A DNA stretch of 64,000 nucleotides from an uncultured Verrucomicrobiae bacterium (GTDB lineage Bacteria; Verrucomicrobiota; Verrucomicrobiia; Chthoniobacterales; Chthoniobacteraceae): positions 384,001-448,000 of the forward strand of contig CAVYKI010000010.1 in NCBI GenBank assembly GCA_963769025.1, written 5' to 3'. Within the stretch, counting starts at the first letter, position 1. The number at the start of each line of letters is the position of its first letter. Positions 41,514 through 52,100 of this stretch are shown here, piece after piece. Below the pieces are notes generated by a model that searched no databases, was not told the DNA's origin, and saw nothing but the letters and a program-made list of their open reading frames with translations. A program made the position numbers and the translations under genes.

Positions 41514-42857
41514 TCAGTTGTCCGTGTTGTTCACGAATGCGCGGCGGATTTCGTAGAGCACGCGGCCGATGAGCCGGATGTCCTCGGTGATGATGCTCGC
41601 CTCGCCGGTCATGTCCTGTTTGAATTGCAGCCGCTTTTTGAAGCTCGTGACGAGCGGATACGGGATGTCCACGAGCACGAGGTTCGCCCCGTCGCGCGCG
41701 ACCATGGAGACGGACTGCACGCGGCCGGTCACGAGGCCGAATTCACGGTACGGGAAGTCGGCAAAGCGGATGCGGACCTTCTGGCCTGGCTTGATTTTTC
41801 CCGCGCCGCCCTGGTTCACCGACATGCGGCCGATGAGGCGCGAGGTCTCGGGCACGATGAGGAACACCTGGCGCCCGGCGGTCACGAACTGCTGGTCGCT
41901 CCAAAAATCGTAGAAGGCGACCACGCCGTCCGCGGGCGCGCGCAGGACGTAGTCCGCCTCCCACACGTCGATTTCGCCGCGGAGCTTGTTGAGGCTCACG
42001 CGCAGCTTTTCGCGCGCGAGCGTGAGCGCCTCGTGGCGGTCGTGCTCGATGTTGCGGAGTTCGCGCTCCATGCGCGACGCCTCGATCTCGGCATCGGTGA
42101 GATTCTTTTGCATGAGCCCGTCGCCGCGCATCTGGGAAAGCACGGCCATTTCCTGCTCCTGCAATTGCGCGGTGCTGATCGAGTCGCGGCGGTGCAGCAC
42201 TTTCAGCCGGTCGTATTTTTCCTGCGCGAGTTCGAGTTCGCGCCGGGTCATCTGCTGTTGCGCGCGCATGGCGGTGATCTGGCTCTGCTTGCCGGTGAGT
42301 TGCTGGCGCAGGAGGTCGCCGGCCTTCTGCGCGTAAGTGTCGGCGAACACGGTGCGGAACTGGTTGTACGCCCCGAGGAATTCCGCGTAGCCGTCCTGGA
42401 GGCGTCCGAGGCCCTCCTCGGGTTTGAATTCGATGTCGAATGTCGCAGCGTCGCCCGCGACGGCCGGTGCGAGACGCGCGAGCTTTTCCTTCAGCGCGAG
42501 AGCGACGGCTGCCTGCGAGGGGCTTTGGATCACCGCGAGGATGTCGCCCTTTTTCACCTTCTGCTTCTCGCTGGCCTGCAGGCTTTCGAGGTGTCCGCTT
42601 TGGCGCGCGACGACTTCCACGACGGGCTGCGTGCCGGTCACGCTGAGGCGCGCGGTGATCGTGTCGGGATACTTGATGATGACCGAAAGGATGAGCAGCA
42701 GCGTGAGGACCGCGGCGAGCATCGTGGTGCCGGATTGCAGCAGCCAGTGCGGCGGGCGGCCCATGAATTCGCGCACATCCGCGTTCATGAGCGCGAGCGG
42801 CTGCGGCGGCGGGATCACCGTGAGCGTGCGCTGGGGTTGAGGTTCGTCAGCCGGCAT
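41514..42857 (-). CDS. HlyD-family membrane fusion protein
   Basis: 'EFMGRPPHWLLQSG' + TM, 'VKKGDILA', coiled coil, 'LRAPADG', 'FPYREFG'. Confidence 0.92.
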   Translation of the reverse strand: MPADEPQPQRTLTVIPPPQPLALMNADVREFMGRPPHWLLQSGTTMLAAVLTLLLILSVIIKYPDTITARLSVTGTQPVVEVVARQSGHLESLQASEKQKVKKGDILAVIQSPSQAAVALALKEKLARLAPAVAGDAATFDIEFKPEEGLGRLQDGYAEFLGAYNQFRTVFADTYAQKAGDLLRQQLTGKQSQITAMRAQQQMTRRELELAQEKYDRLKVLHRRDSISTAQLQEQEMAVLSQMRGDGLMQKNLTDAEIEASRMERELRNIEHDRHEALTLAREKLRVSLNKLRGEIDVWEADYVLRAPADGVVAFYDFWSDQQFVTAGRQVFLIVPETSRLIGRMSVNQGGAGKIKPGQKVRIRFADFPYREFGLVTGRVQSVSMVARDGANLVLVDIPYPLVTSFKKRLQFKQDMTGEASIITEDIRLIGRVLYEIRRAFVNNTDN

Positions 42858-45079
42858 GGGTCGACGAAACCTCCAGTTCGAGTTGGTTGCGCACGAGCCG
42901 GTAGTACGCGCCGGCCTTCGAGACGAGATCGCCGTGCTGCCCGGTCTCCACGATGCGGCCCTGATCGATGACGACGATCTGGTCCGCGTCGCGCACGGTG
43001 CTGAGGCGGTGCGCGATGACGACGACCGTGCGGCCCTGCGCAAATTCACGGAGCGCCGCGATCACCGCGCTCTCGTTCTTCGTGTCGAGAGCGCTCGTGG
43101 CTTCGTCGAGGAAAAGGAAATCGGGATTGCGGTAGATCGCGCGCGCGAGCAGCAGGCGCTGGCGTTCGCCGCCGGAGAGTCCCTGCCCTTCCGCGCCGAC
43201 GACCGTCTCCGCGCCATTCGGCTGGTTGCGCACAAATTCCTCCATGCTCGCGAGCCGGATCGCCGCGCCCATGCGCATCGGATCGATCGTCTGGCTGCCC
43301 GGCACGACGTTCCTCGCAAACGTCCCGGAAAAAATGAATCCGTCCTGCATCACCACGCCGCAGCGCGCGCGCCACGCGTGTCCGTCGAGCGCACCGAGCG
43401 GCACATTGTCCACGTATATTTCGCCGCCGGTGGGGCGGTACAGGCCGAGCAGAAGTTTCAGCAGCGTCGTCTTGCCGCTGCCGCTCGCGCCGACGATCGC
43501 CGTCACTTTTCCCTGCGGGATGACGAGGTTGATGTCCTTCAGCACATCCGCGCGTCCGGCGCCGGGATAGCGGAAGCTGAGGCCGGAGATCGGTGAGCTT
43601 TCGCGACTCGGGAAAGTCGGACGTCGCGTGCGTTTCGTCCTCGTCCTCGTCCTTGTGGTCGTAGATTTCCTGCATCCGCTCGAGGCTCAGCCGCGCGTCC
43701 TGCGCGCTGTAGATGAATTCGATGATGCGGCCGATCGGCGAGTTGAGCTGTCCGACGATGTACTGCGTCGCGATCATCATGCCGAAGGTCATCTCGCCCT
43801 GCAGGACCGCGCGCGCGGCGAGGAATGAGATGAGGATGTTGCGGATGTTGGAAAGGACGGTGACTCCGAGGCGCTGCGTCTGCTTGAGCGCGAGGCTCTT
43901 TGCTTCGAGCTGGTAGTTGCGCATCGCGATGTGCTCCCAGTCCCACCGCTTGTCGCGCTGCAGGCCCTGGATTTTGATCTCGGGCATGCCGGCGACGATT
44001 TCCATCAGCGTGTCGCGCTCCTTCGCCTCGAGGACGAAGCGCTTGAAGTCGAGCATCCGGCGTTGCTTGAGAAAAATGAGGAGCCAGCCGACGGCGAGTG
44101 CCGAGAGGATCACGAAGGTGCGAGGATTTGCCAGCTGTAGAGTGCGAGCACCATCGCGAAGACGACGAACGTGAGCAGCGAGAAGACCACGTCGAGCGAG
44201 GACGACATCAGGAAGTCCTTCACGCGCCGGTGATCGCCGATGCGCTGCATGATGTCGCCGGCGGTGCGGCTGTCGAAGAACGGGCAGCGGGAGCCGCAGC
44301 AGCTTGCTCAGAAAATCCGCGATCATCGCGATGCTCACGCGCGAGCCGATGTGCAGGAGCAGCCAGCTCCGGATCATGTCCGCGGCGGTCTGGCTGAGCG
44401 CGAGCATCAGTTGCGCGGCGAGCAGGAGGTAGATGAAATGCAGATCGAGATTCCCGATGCCGTAGTCCACGACCGCCTGCGAGAGGAAGGGCAGGATCAG
44501 CTCCAACCCGAGACCGACGAACATCCCGACTCCGACTTGCAGGAGGAGTTTTTTGTAAGGCCGGAGGTAGTTGAAAAAGAACGCAAGCCCCTTGCGGCCG
44601 CGCTCCGCATCCTTGCGGCCCGAGGCGCTCTGCTCATGGAACGCGGGGGTGGTTTCCAGCAGCAGGTAGATTCCCGGCGCGTCGGCGGAAATGGGGGTTC
44701 CCGGCGGCGAACTCGCGCGGATGAATTCCTCCGGCGAATAGTCCACAAGGCCGTGCGCCGGGTCCGCGACGCGCACCTTGTTCCGCGTGAACTCATACAC
44801 CACGACGAAGTGATCCGCCTGCCAGTGTGCGATGCACGGCAGCGGCGCCTCGTCGCGCAGACGCATGTAGCTGAGGCGCACGGCGAGCGAGCGCAGGCCG
44901 ACTTTCTCCGCCGCCTCGGAAATGCCGAGCAGCGACACGCCGCCCTTGCCGATGTGGCAGAGTTCGCGCAGCCATCCCTGCGAAAATTCACGGCCGTGAT
45001 GCGTGCAGATCATCCGCAGCGCCGCGGGGCCGCAGTCCATGGCGTCGAGCTGCGGGTGGAACGGGAAACGTTTCTTCAT
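42847..45079 (-). CDS. Peptidase C39-containing ABC transporter (PCAT), frameshifted
   Basis: 'QLDAMDCGPAAL', 'HFVV', 'VADPA'; TM domain; 'GASGSGKTT', 'LSGGERQR', 'LDEATSALD'. Confidence 0.95.
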
Positions 45080-45094
45080 GCCCGTGCGCGCGGC

Positions 45095-46700
45095 CTAAAA
45101 GGAAAGATTGTGGCGCTGGGCGATGGTGCCATCGAGCTGGCCGAGCGTGGACCATGCGCCGAGGATGGCGAGGCGGGCTTCGAGCACGCGCATCTCGGAG
45201 GTGCGGAGATCCTCCTCGGCCTCCCGAAGCAGGCGCACGGGCACCGAGCCCTTCGCGATGCTGGAGGAGCTGCTCCTGCCACTTTTCCATGCTCGCCTTT
45301 TGCGAATGCCGCGCGGCGGCGAGCTGCTGCCGGCCGAACGCGATGGCACGGCAAAGTTCGCTGATGCGCTGACGCAGCCGCTGCTCGGCCTGCTCGCGGA
45401 GGACCTCGCTGCGCGCGAGTTCGGCCCGCGCGGTTTCGAGTTGCGCGCGTTCGGCGCGGAAAGTCCACGGCAGCGAAATCCGGGCGAGGGCGACACCTTC
45501 CCAGCCCCTGCCGCCGCTGCCGTCGGAGCCCGTCTTGTTCGACGCGCCGGAAAACTCCACCTCCAGCTTGGGCAGCATGTTGTTGCGCGCGCGACGGAGT
45601 TCCACTTCGCGGCGCTCGATTTCGTTGATGAGCAGCACGGCGATCGGCGCGTTTTCGAGCGCGCGCTGGATCGAGACGGCCGGGTTCGGATCGGCGGCAG
45701 GCATCGAGGCTTCGCGGATCGGTTCAAAGACCAGCCTCGATGCTGACACTCCCTGCGGTGCGCCGATCGCAAACCACAGTTCGTCCACGCGGTCGGACAC
45801 CAATTTGGTCGCGGACAGCCAGCGCTCCTGCGCGGTGGAGACGAGGACTTCCGCCTCCAGCACGTCGAGCTTCGATGCGGCACCCGCGGCCTGCCGTGCC
45901 TTTGCATCCTCGAGCACCGACTGCGCGCGGCGCAGGCTCGCGAGGAAATTTTTCTCGCTCAGCGCCGCGACCGCCGCGGCGAAATAGCCGGATTCGGCCG
46001 CACGGAGCATTTCGAGGATCTCCGCATTGCGCGTGGCCTCGGCCTGGTCGCGCAGCAGTTCGGCGATGCGGATGCCTGCGCGGTTCACACGCGGGTCGAG
46101 GCCGCGCAGCAGTTGCTGGCGCACCGTCAGCGTGTATTCCGAAGTCGTGCTGTTGACGTAGTCGTTGCGGAAATCGCCGGTGCTCGTCGCCACCTGCCCG
46201 GCTTGAAAGTCCACCTCGGTTCCCGTCACGAACCTTTTCGACACGCCGCCGCTCCCTGCGGCCTGCGACCATGTCCGGCCCTCGGGCGTGTCCGTCCGGA
46301 CCGTGCCGGTGAAGTTCGGATCGAATTGCGCCTTCGCAGTCTCGATGCCCGCTTTCGCGGTGCGTGCGGCGAAAGATGCGTCGCGGATCCGGAAGTTGCG
46401 CTGGATCCCGTAAAGCACGCAGTCGTCGAGCGTGAGCCGTCCGCTGGAGGCGATGTGCACCTCGGCAGGCGCGGCGCTCGGCAGACTGACCCGCGCGGGA
46501 GCGGGCGTCTGTTTCGCAATCGGGCGCGGCGCGGCGGTCCCGATGGCGCGTCCGTCCTCAGCTCCGGGCGCGATGGAAAATGCGCCGAAAAGGATCACCG
46601 CGATCGTCGCGGCGAGCGGCACCCCGGAGCCGCGGCGGCGCGGGCGGGGCTGCACACGTGGCGTGCTGGGCGTGCTCGGGCGGAAGTCAGAAGGTGTCAT
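45095..46700 (-). CDS. TolC-family outer membrane efflux protein (frameshift near 45250)
   Basis: 'LTLDDC....QRN', 'AQFDP', 'QQLLRG', 'SKLDVLEAE', 'LPKLEV'; start uncertain. Confidence 0.88.
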
Positions 46701-46760
46701 CCAGTCGAAAGGCGATCGTGCAGTGCGGAATGCAGCATTGGGAGAGCAGGATACCAGCCT

Positions 46761-46803
46761 AGAAAAAGAAAAAGCAGGAAGGCACAAAGTCCTTCCTGCT
46801 TTT
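46761..46803 (-). terminator. Intrinsic terminator between the precursor gene and tolC
   Basis: Minus strand AAAAGCAGGAAGG-actttgtg-CCTTCCTGCTTTT followed by TCTTTTT. Confidence 0.8.
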
Positions 46804-46876
46804 GAATCTTCCGACCCGGCGACGAAGTGGGACCCGCGGGCGGACCTTCAATCGGCACCGGGTTCCGTGCGGATGA

Positions 46877-47092
46877 CTACCAACCGCAGGGCTTCGGAGC
46901 GCAGCCGCGGCGGGACTTGCTGCCGGACTTCTTGCTCTTGGAGCCGCACTTCACCTTGGATTTCTTGCTCTTGCTCTTCTTGCACTTCACGGTCTTCACT
47001 TTCGTGACCTTGCAGCCGCCGCCGCCGGTGACAACTGCGGGTGCGTTGATTGCGTCGGACGCGAACTGGTCGAGGATGCTGATCTTCTTCAT
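46877..47092 (-). CDS. Double-glycine-leader precursor peptide with Lys/Ser/Cys-rich core (candidate RiPP/PCAT substrate)
   Basis: 71 aa; leader ...AINAPAVVTGG; GC3-biased codons; A/C-rich 5' leader; heads the TolC-PCAT-HlyD cluster. Confidence 0.85.
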   Translation of the reverse strand: MKKISILDQFASDAINAPAVVTGGGGCKVTKVKTVKCKKSKSKKSKVKCGSKSKKSGSKSRRGCAPKPCGW

Positions 47093-47570
47093 GATTGTGT
47101 GTGTTTGTGTTTTGTTTGTTTAACTGACTGGCAGATTTCTCTGCACGCGCCTCGTTTCTTATAATTTACAGACACCGTCAACAAAAATAAGAAATAAAAT
47201 GCACGGACCGCATGCCGTAGATGACGAATTGTTTTTGACCGGGTGCATTTACCAAACGTCAAACCTGCGGACGCGCTACTCGGCCATGGCCGGCGCAAGA
47301 CGTTGCGAAACAGGGGCCGGGGGCGACGGCGCTTAGCACACCACCACTTTCCGGCCCGCGACAATTCCGGCGCAGGTGCCTGCGGGTCTGGATATTGGGT
47401 GACTTACCGGAGCCCCCAAGGATGCGATGCAAGCCTCCAGTGCGTTCGCAGAGAGAGCCCGGCTGCATGCGTGTCGCTTCCGCCATGCCCCGTCGTTCGT
47501 TCACGCGCCCTGAGGAAAATGCTACTGATGAGTAAATCTGGTATGTTTACTGCTACTTTCCATAATCAAG

Positions 47571-48215
47571 ATGCCTATCCACGAAACAAACCGCAACCCT
47601 TCCTCCGGGCCACTCCGCTGGTCAGAGCGAGCGACAGTCCCAGTCTGCCCGGACGCGGAATCCAAACCGCTCCGCCGTTCCCGCCGGGCATTCACCCTCG
47701 TTGAAACCTTGGTTGCGGCGACGGTGGTCATCATCGCGCTCGGCGCGATCTTTATGGTGAGCAGCCGATGCATGGGGATCGTCCGCTCCTCGCAGAGCGT
47801 GGGCGTCGCCTCGGCCATTTTGCAGGAGCGCATGCAGCAGTTGCAGGCCACGGATTGGGAAACGCTGACTGACAGCGATTCCTACACGGATCAGGTGTGG
47901 ACCGATCCGGAGGATGGGACGACGGAAAATGTCGCCGGCCTCCTCAAGAGCGCGACCCTTTCGGCGGGCGCGTTCCAATTGCAAAACGCCGTGGAAACGA
48001 TCCGCGTGTCGGCATACCGGCCAGTCGCGGTCGCCGCCGCGGAACCGGCAGCGATCGTTGCGAGCCGGACGGCCACCACGCCGACTCTCACATCCGCGAC
48101 GACAAATCTCGGGGATGAGAAAATGGTCCGCATCGATGTCCGGCTCACGTGGACCGAAGGCAAGGCAGGCCTCCAGCGCTCACTCGGATTATCGGCCATC
48201 GTGGCCCGCAGATAG
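47571..48215 (+). CDS. Prepilin-type N-methylation domain protein
   Basis: 'RRAFTLVETLVA' plus hydrophobic helix; true start may be later. Confidence 0.82.
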   Translation: MPIHETNRNPSSGPLRWSERATVPVCPDAESKPLRRSRRAFTLVETLVAATVVIIALGAIFMVSSRCMGIVRSSQSVGVASAILQERMQQLQATDWETLTDSDSYTDQVWTDPEDGTTENVAGLLKSATLSAGAFQLQNAVETIRVSAYRPVAVAAAEPAAIVASRTATTPTLTSATTNLGDEKMVRIDVRLTWTEGKAGLQRSLGLSAIVARR

Positions 48216-48224
48216 GACGCTCCT

Positions 48225-48842
48225 ATGAAAACACCACTCCCACGCCTCCGCCGCAAAGCCGGTTTCACGCTCGTCGAGATGCTGATCGGCGCCACAGCGG
48301 CCTCGATCTTCCTCGGAGGACTGATGACCGGGAGCATCGCGCTCCAACGCTCGCTTTCCGCGAACGATCAGCTCGCCCGCGCCCAATCGGATATCCTCCG
48401 CGTGTCCGATTACATGACGCGGGACATCCGCAACGCGACAACCATCAACACGGCGGCGACGGGCTCAGTGCTCCTCACGGTGACGACCGGGGACTATTAC
48501 AACCGGAACGGCACTCCGAACAACCCCGCGGACGACGTTCCCAATTCCCCCGTCCTCGGGCGCACCACGGCGAGCTACGGAGCCAGCCCCGTGAGCATCC
48601 GCTACCTGAAGAGCGGGACGCGCATCGCCCGCGAAGTCACCCGGATCGACGCCGGTGTCTCCACCACGACCACGACTTGGATCGCCGACAATGTGGACAC
48701 TCTCAGCGTGGCTGCGGATGCGAATGGCAACATCACATTCACGTCGGCGACTGCCATGAACTACCGCGTCCGGAAGGCAGGATTCGAAGTCCCCTCGCTC
48801 TCCTTCGTGATGTCTTCAAAACCCCGAAACTCAACACCGTAA
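48225..48842 (+). CDS. Prepilin-type protein (PilW/GspJ-like)
   Basis: 'KAGFTLVEML', 'YMTRDIRNA'. Confidence 0.85.
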   Translation: MKTPLPRLRRKAGFTLVEMLIGATAASIFLGGLMTGSIALQRSLSANDQLARAQSDILRVSDYMTRDIRNATTINTAATGSVLLTVTTGDYYNRNGTPNNPADDVPNSPVLGRTTASYGASPVSIRYLKSGTRIAREVTRIDAGVSTTTTTWIADNVDTLSVAADANGNITFTSATAMNYRVRKAGFEVPSLSFVMSSKPRNSTP

Positions 48843-48847
48843 ATACC

Positions 48848-50584
48848 ATGCTCCTGTTCCCGAAAAAATCCAAGTCCACGGAAGGCGCCGTGCTCGTCGC
48901 CTCCATCCTCACCGTCGCAGTCCTGGCATCGATTTCCGCCGGCGTCCTGCTCACCGTCGGGGCCAAGCACCACGACAGCTACCACGCGGCAGGCTGGCGG
49001 GAAGCACTCACCGCCGCCGAATCCGGAGTCGAGCGGACCATGGCCGAGCTGCGCACCGCCATCGACGATCCAGCCAACGCATGGACCGGCTGGGTGGTCG
49101 TCGATTCGGCAGGGAAAACGGCGGCGTTACAGCAGATCAATCGCACTGGCCGCTGGCCGGCCGGCTACACCCTGCGCATGAACGCCACGCTGCCTCCGCA
49201 GGCCGGTGAGAGCCGGCAGACCCAGTACGCTGTGCTGGTCGATGTCCCCTCCACGCTGGCCACGACATCGAGGCGGTGGAACCAGTCGTATCGCATCCGC
49301 TCCACCGGCGTCACGGCGGTGCCCGGGGCGGCGATCGCCGCGGTGGACAAGCGCGACACACAGTTGCGGCGCCTGAGCCTCTTCATGGACCGGACGGTGG
49401 GCTTTCCCGGCAGCGGCTCGCAGCTCGCGAGGCCGCAGGCGACCAGGACCATCGAGGTCATCGCCAAGCCCGAGAGCGTTTACAAATACGGGGTGACTGC
49501 GGAGATCAACTTCAAGCTGAACAAGAAGACCATCATCGACGGCTATAATTCCAACTACCCGGAGAGTTCGACCAACGGCAAATACGATCCGACGAAACGG
49601 ACGGCAAACGGCGGCACGATCCTGGCCAACCGCTGGAAGAAGAAGCCGAAGCCGGATCAGGCGGCTGAAAAATTCGATGTCGGCAAGGCCACGATCTATG
49701 GCGACCTGATGGTCAAGGGCAGCATGAAGAACGTGAAGAATTTCGAGAACGTGCAGGGCAACAAGCTCACCAACGTGAGCATCGACACGCCGACGAACGT
49801 CGCGCCGGTGTGGACCTCGGTGACGGCAAACATCGCCACGTTGGACGGCAAAATCCCCGATGCACTGAAGGCGACCTACAAGACCGCAGAAAAGAATGCC
49901 AAGGCGGGCGGCCCGGTCGCCCAATTCGAGGCCAAGAGTGCCACGGCGGCGGCCGAACTGGCTGCCAAGGGGATGGAACTGCCCGGCGGCGCCGACCCTT
50001 CCAACCCGACGCGCTACAAAGTCGAGAAGATCGGCGTGGACAAGAAGACGGAATCGCTCGTCCTGAGCAATCCGCCCGGAGTGTCCGAAAGCTGGATTGA
50101 AATCTGGGTGACGGAGGAGATGAAGATCGAAAAGGGCGGCACGATGTTTGTCTCCAATGGCGTCCACGCGACGATTTACCTCGAAGGCAAGAAGGTCGAA
50201 ATCAAGGACACCAAGGCGGACAAGGGGGGCTTCATCATCGAAAGCGGCTTCGCCGGAGACCTGCAACTCATCGGCATCGAGGCAAAGGAAGACACCAAGA
50301 AGGAAACCGACGACGAGTATTCGCCGAAAAAGCGCAGCGGCAAGATCTCGATCTCCGATGCCGACTTCACCGGCGTGATCAATGCCCCGGACTGGGACGT
50401 GGACTTCAAGCCGAAGGACTGGGACAAGGATGACACCATCTACGGTGCCCAACTCTATGGCTCGGTCCTGGGACGCAAGGTCAAGATCGGCAACGGTGCG
50501 GACTACCACTACGACGCGGCGGTCACGGAGATCGGCAGCGTCACGATGTATTCGACCGCCGGCTGGAACGAGCTCGAGCGGTAG
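48848..50584 (+). CDS. PilX/GspK-like protein with large Lys-rich C-terminal beta domain
   Basis: 'EGAVLV' (no Glu5), 'ALTAAESGVE', 'YRIRSTG', 'FTGVINAP', 'HYD', terminal 'WNE'. Confidence 0.75.
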   Translation: MLLFPKKSKSTEGAVLVASILTVAVLASISAGVLLTVGAKHHDSYHAAGWREALTAAESGVERTMAELRTAIDDPANAWTGWVVVDSAGKTAALQQINRTGRWPAGYTLRMNATLPPQAGESRQTQYAVLVDVPSTLATTSRRWNQSYRIRSTGVTAVPGAAIAAVDKRDTQLRRLSLFMDRTVGFPGSGSQLARPQATRTIEVIAKPESVYKYGVTAEINFKLNKKTIIDGYNSNYPESSTNGKYDPTKRTANGGTILANRWKKKPKPDQAAEKFDVGKATIYGDLMVKGSMKNVKNFENVQGNKLTNVSIDTPTNVAPVWTSVTANIATLDGKIPDALKATYKTAEKNAKAGGPVAQFEAKSATAAAELAAKGMELPGGADPSNPTRYKVEKIGVDKKTESLVLSNPPGVSESWIEIWVTEEMKIEKGGTMFVSNGVHATIYLEGKKVEIKDTKADKGGFIIESGFAGDLQLIGIEAKEDTKKETDDEYSPKKRSGKISISDADFTGVINAPDWDVDFKPKDWDKDDTIYGAQLYGSVLGRKVKIGNGADYHYDAAVTEIGSVTMYSTAGWNELER

Positions 50585-50899
50585 GCTGAGTTCCCACTCA
50601 CTGCGTCACACGAGTTCTTGCTGCCGCCCGCGGCGTCCTTTGGGACCCGCGGGCGCAGTGATGCCGGGACCCGGCACCCGCCCGCTCCCCACTGGGAGAG
50701 GGCCGCAACGTTGAAACCGCCGGCGGCGCGATGGGACTCCGCCGGGGGAGAAACCACGAGGCGGCACTCACGGAGATCGGCAGCGTCCCGAGGTAATCGT
50801 CCGGGGCGTTTTCGAGCGCCCAGTGGAACGCGACGTCACGGTGGATCCGCACTCAGGCAGACATACGGCACCAGCCCGCTTCAGACCGCGAGCTGGCGT

Positions 50900-51463
50900 T
50901 TACTGCGGGACGAGGGCCGTGACGTTGAACCCGCCGGCGGGCCAGTGAGGCTCGTCGGAGTCCGAGGAAAAGGATACGTCCAGGATCCTCACAAACGGTT
51001 CCTGCCGCTCGATCTCCGCCACCGCCAGCAGGAGCCCGCTCATGGTTCGCATCCCTTCCTGCCTCGGCAGATTCAGATGCCAGTAGCTCCGCTCGTACCC
51101 GGGGATGCCCGGCTCAGGGATCGCCACGTTCATGCGAATCCCGGCCTCCGCGATGCCCGCACTGCGCAGGTGCTTCTTCAGCCGCACGGGGAGCCACACG
51201 GGAGTCGGGTCCTTCGGAATGTCGCGCTGCAACGAATCCAGCGATGCGCGGGCGGCCCTGGCCGCGTGCTCCTCCACGCCGATCTCGCGAATCTTCCCCT
51301 TCGAATCGCTGATCCGCTGCCGCGCATCCGCGAGCTTTTGCCGGGACTCTGCCTCGCGCAGGCGGAGGGGGACAAGCCAGTGCGTGTTGAAATACCATGC
51401 GACGCCGACCATCGCGGCGCCCGCAGCAAACCGCTGGACATAGGTGAAAGCGGAGGACGGCAT
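50900..51463 (-). CDS. PilO/GspM-like bitopic membrane protein
   Basis: TM, coiled coil, 'IP' turn, 'VAEIERQEPFVRILDVSF'. Confidence 0.55.
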   Translation of the reverse strand: MPSSAFTYVQRFAAGAAMVGVAWYFNTHWLVPLRLREAESRQKLADARQRISDSKGKIREIGVEEHAARAARASLDSLQRDIPKDPTPVWLPVRLKKHLRSAGIAEAGIRMNVAIPEPGIPGYERSYWHLNLPRQEGMRTMSGLLLAVAEIERQEPFVRILDVSFSSDSDEPHWPAGGFNVTALVPQ

Positions 51464-51464
51464 C

Positions 51465-52100
51465 TTATGCTCCTCCCTTCCTGACGGTCGTCGCTTCCGC
51501 CTCGAAACGAATCGTCGCATTCACGGTGAACGCTCCCCGCCGCGTTTCTGGCGTGGCAGGCGCCGCATCGGGCATGTCCTCGAAACGCTCAAACGCGATG
51601 CTCACACGGCCCGGAAACATCCGATCCAAATCCCGCTGCAGGTCGGCGCGGTAACGGTCCGCCAGCCCGCGGGGATTCGGCCCGGTCGCGACACCGCGGA
51701 CCAGCAGCGCCCAAATCTTTTCGGTGCCGGACTTCTCGCTGGCGCGCACCTCGCGCACTTCGATTTCCAGGCCCGCACATGCCACGACGCTCCGCAGCGC
51801 GGGCACCCACCGCGGCCTGGCCCGATCGGCCAAAACCCCGGCCAGTTCATTCTGGATCAATTCGCTTTTTGCCCTCGTGGCGAGGGCCGTGTCCAGATCG
51901 CCTGAAACGGTCGTCCATTCCGCATCGAGGGCCGTCTGCTGCACCGCGACCGCATCGATCCGGTCCCGTGCATCCCAGTACAGTTTCCACAAGCCCGCGG
52001 TCAGGACGAGTGCAAGGGCCAGCCCCGCGAGCAGGAATGCCGGCGAGCCGCCATTTGCGGGAAGCTCTACTTCGCCGTCCGGCCACGCGTCCGCTGCCCC
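51465..52100 (-). CDS. PilN/GspL-like TM plus periplasmic domain; lacks its own start, probably the 3' half of the upstream receiver gene
   Basis: Open frame 'FLLAGLALALVLTAGLW' + coiled coil + 'RPRWVPAL..V', 'LLVRGVA'. Confidence 0.5.
   Translation of the reverse strand, partial: GAADAWPDGEVELPANGGSPAFLLAGLALALVLTAGLWKLYWDARDRIDAVAVQQTALDAEWTTVSGDLDTALATRAKSELIQNELAGVLADRARPRWVPALRSVVACAGLEIEVREVRASEKSGTEKIWALLVRGVATGPNPRGLADRYRADLQRDLDRMFPGRVSIAFERFEDMPDAAPATPETRRGAFTVNATIRFEAEATTVRKGGA

Noticed and set aside
40303..47092. Class III/IV lanthipeptide cluster
   Set aside because: The kinase has no lyase or LanC-like cyclase domain and none is encoded nearby; action in trans cannot be excluded.
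50508..50805. Diversity-generating retroelement VR/TR pair
   Set aside because: The match is short, mismatches are not adenine-specific, and no reverse transcriptase is present.
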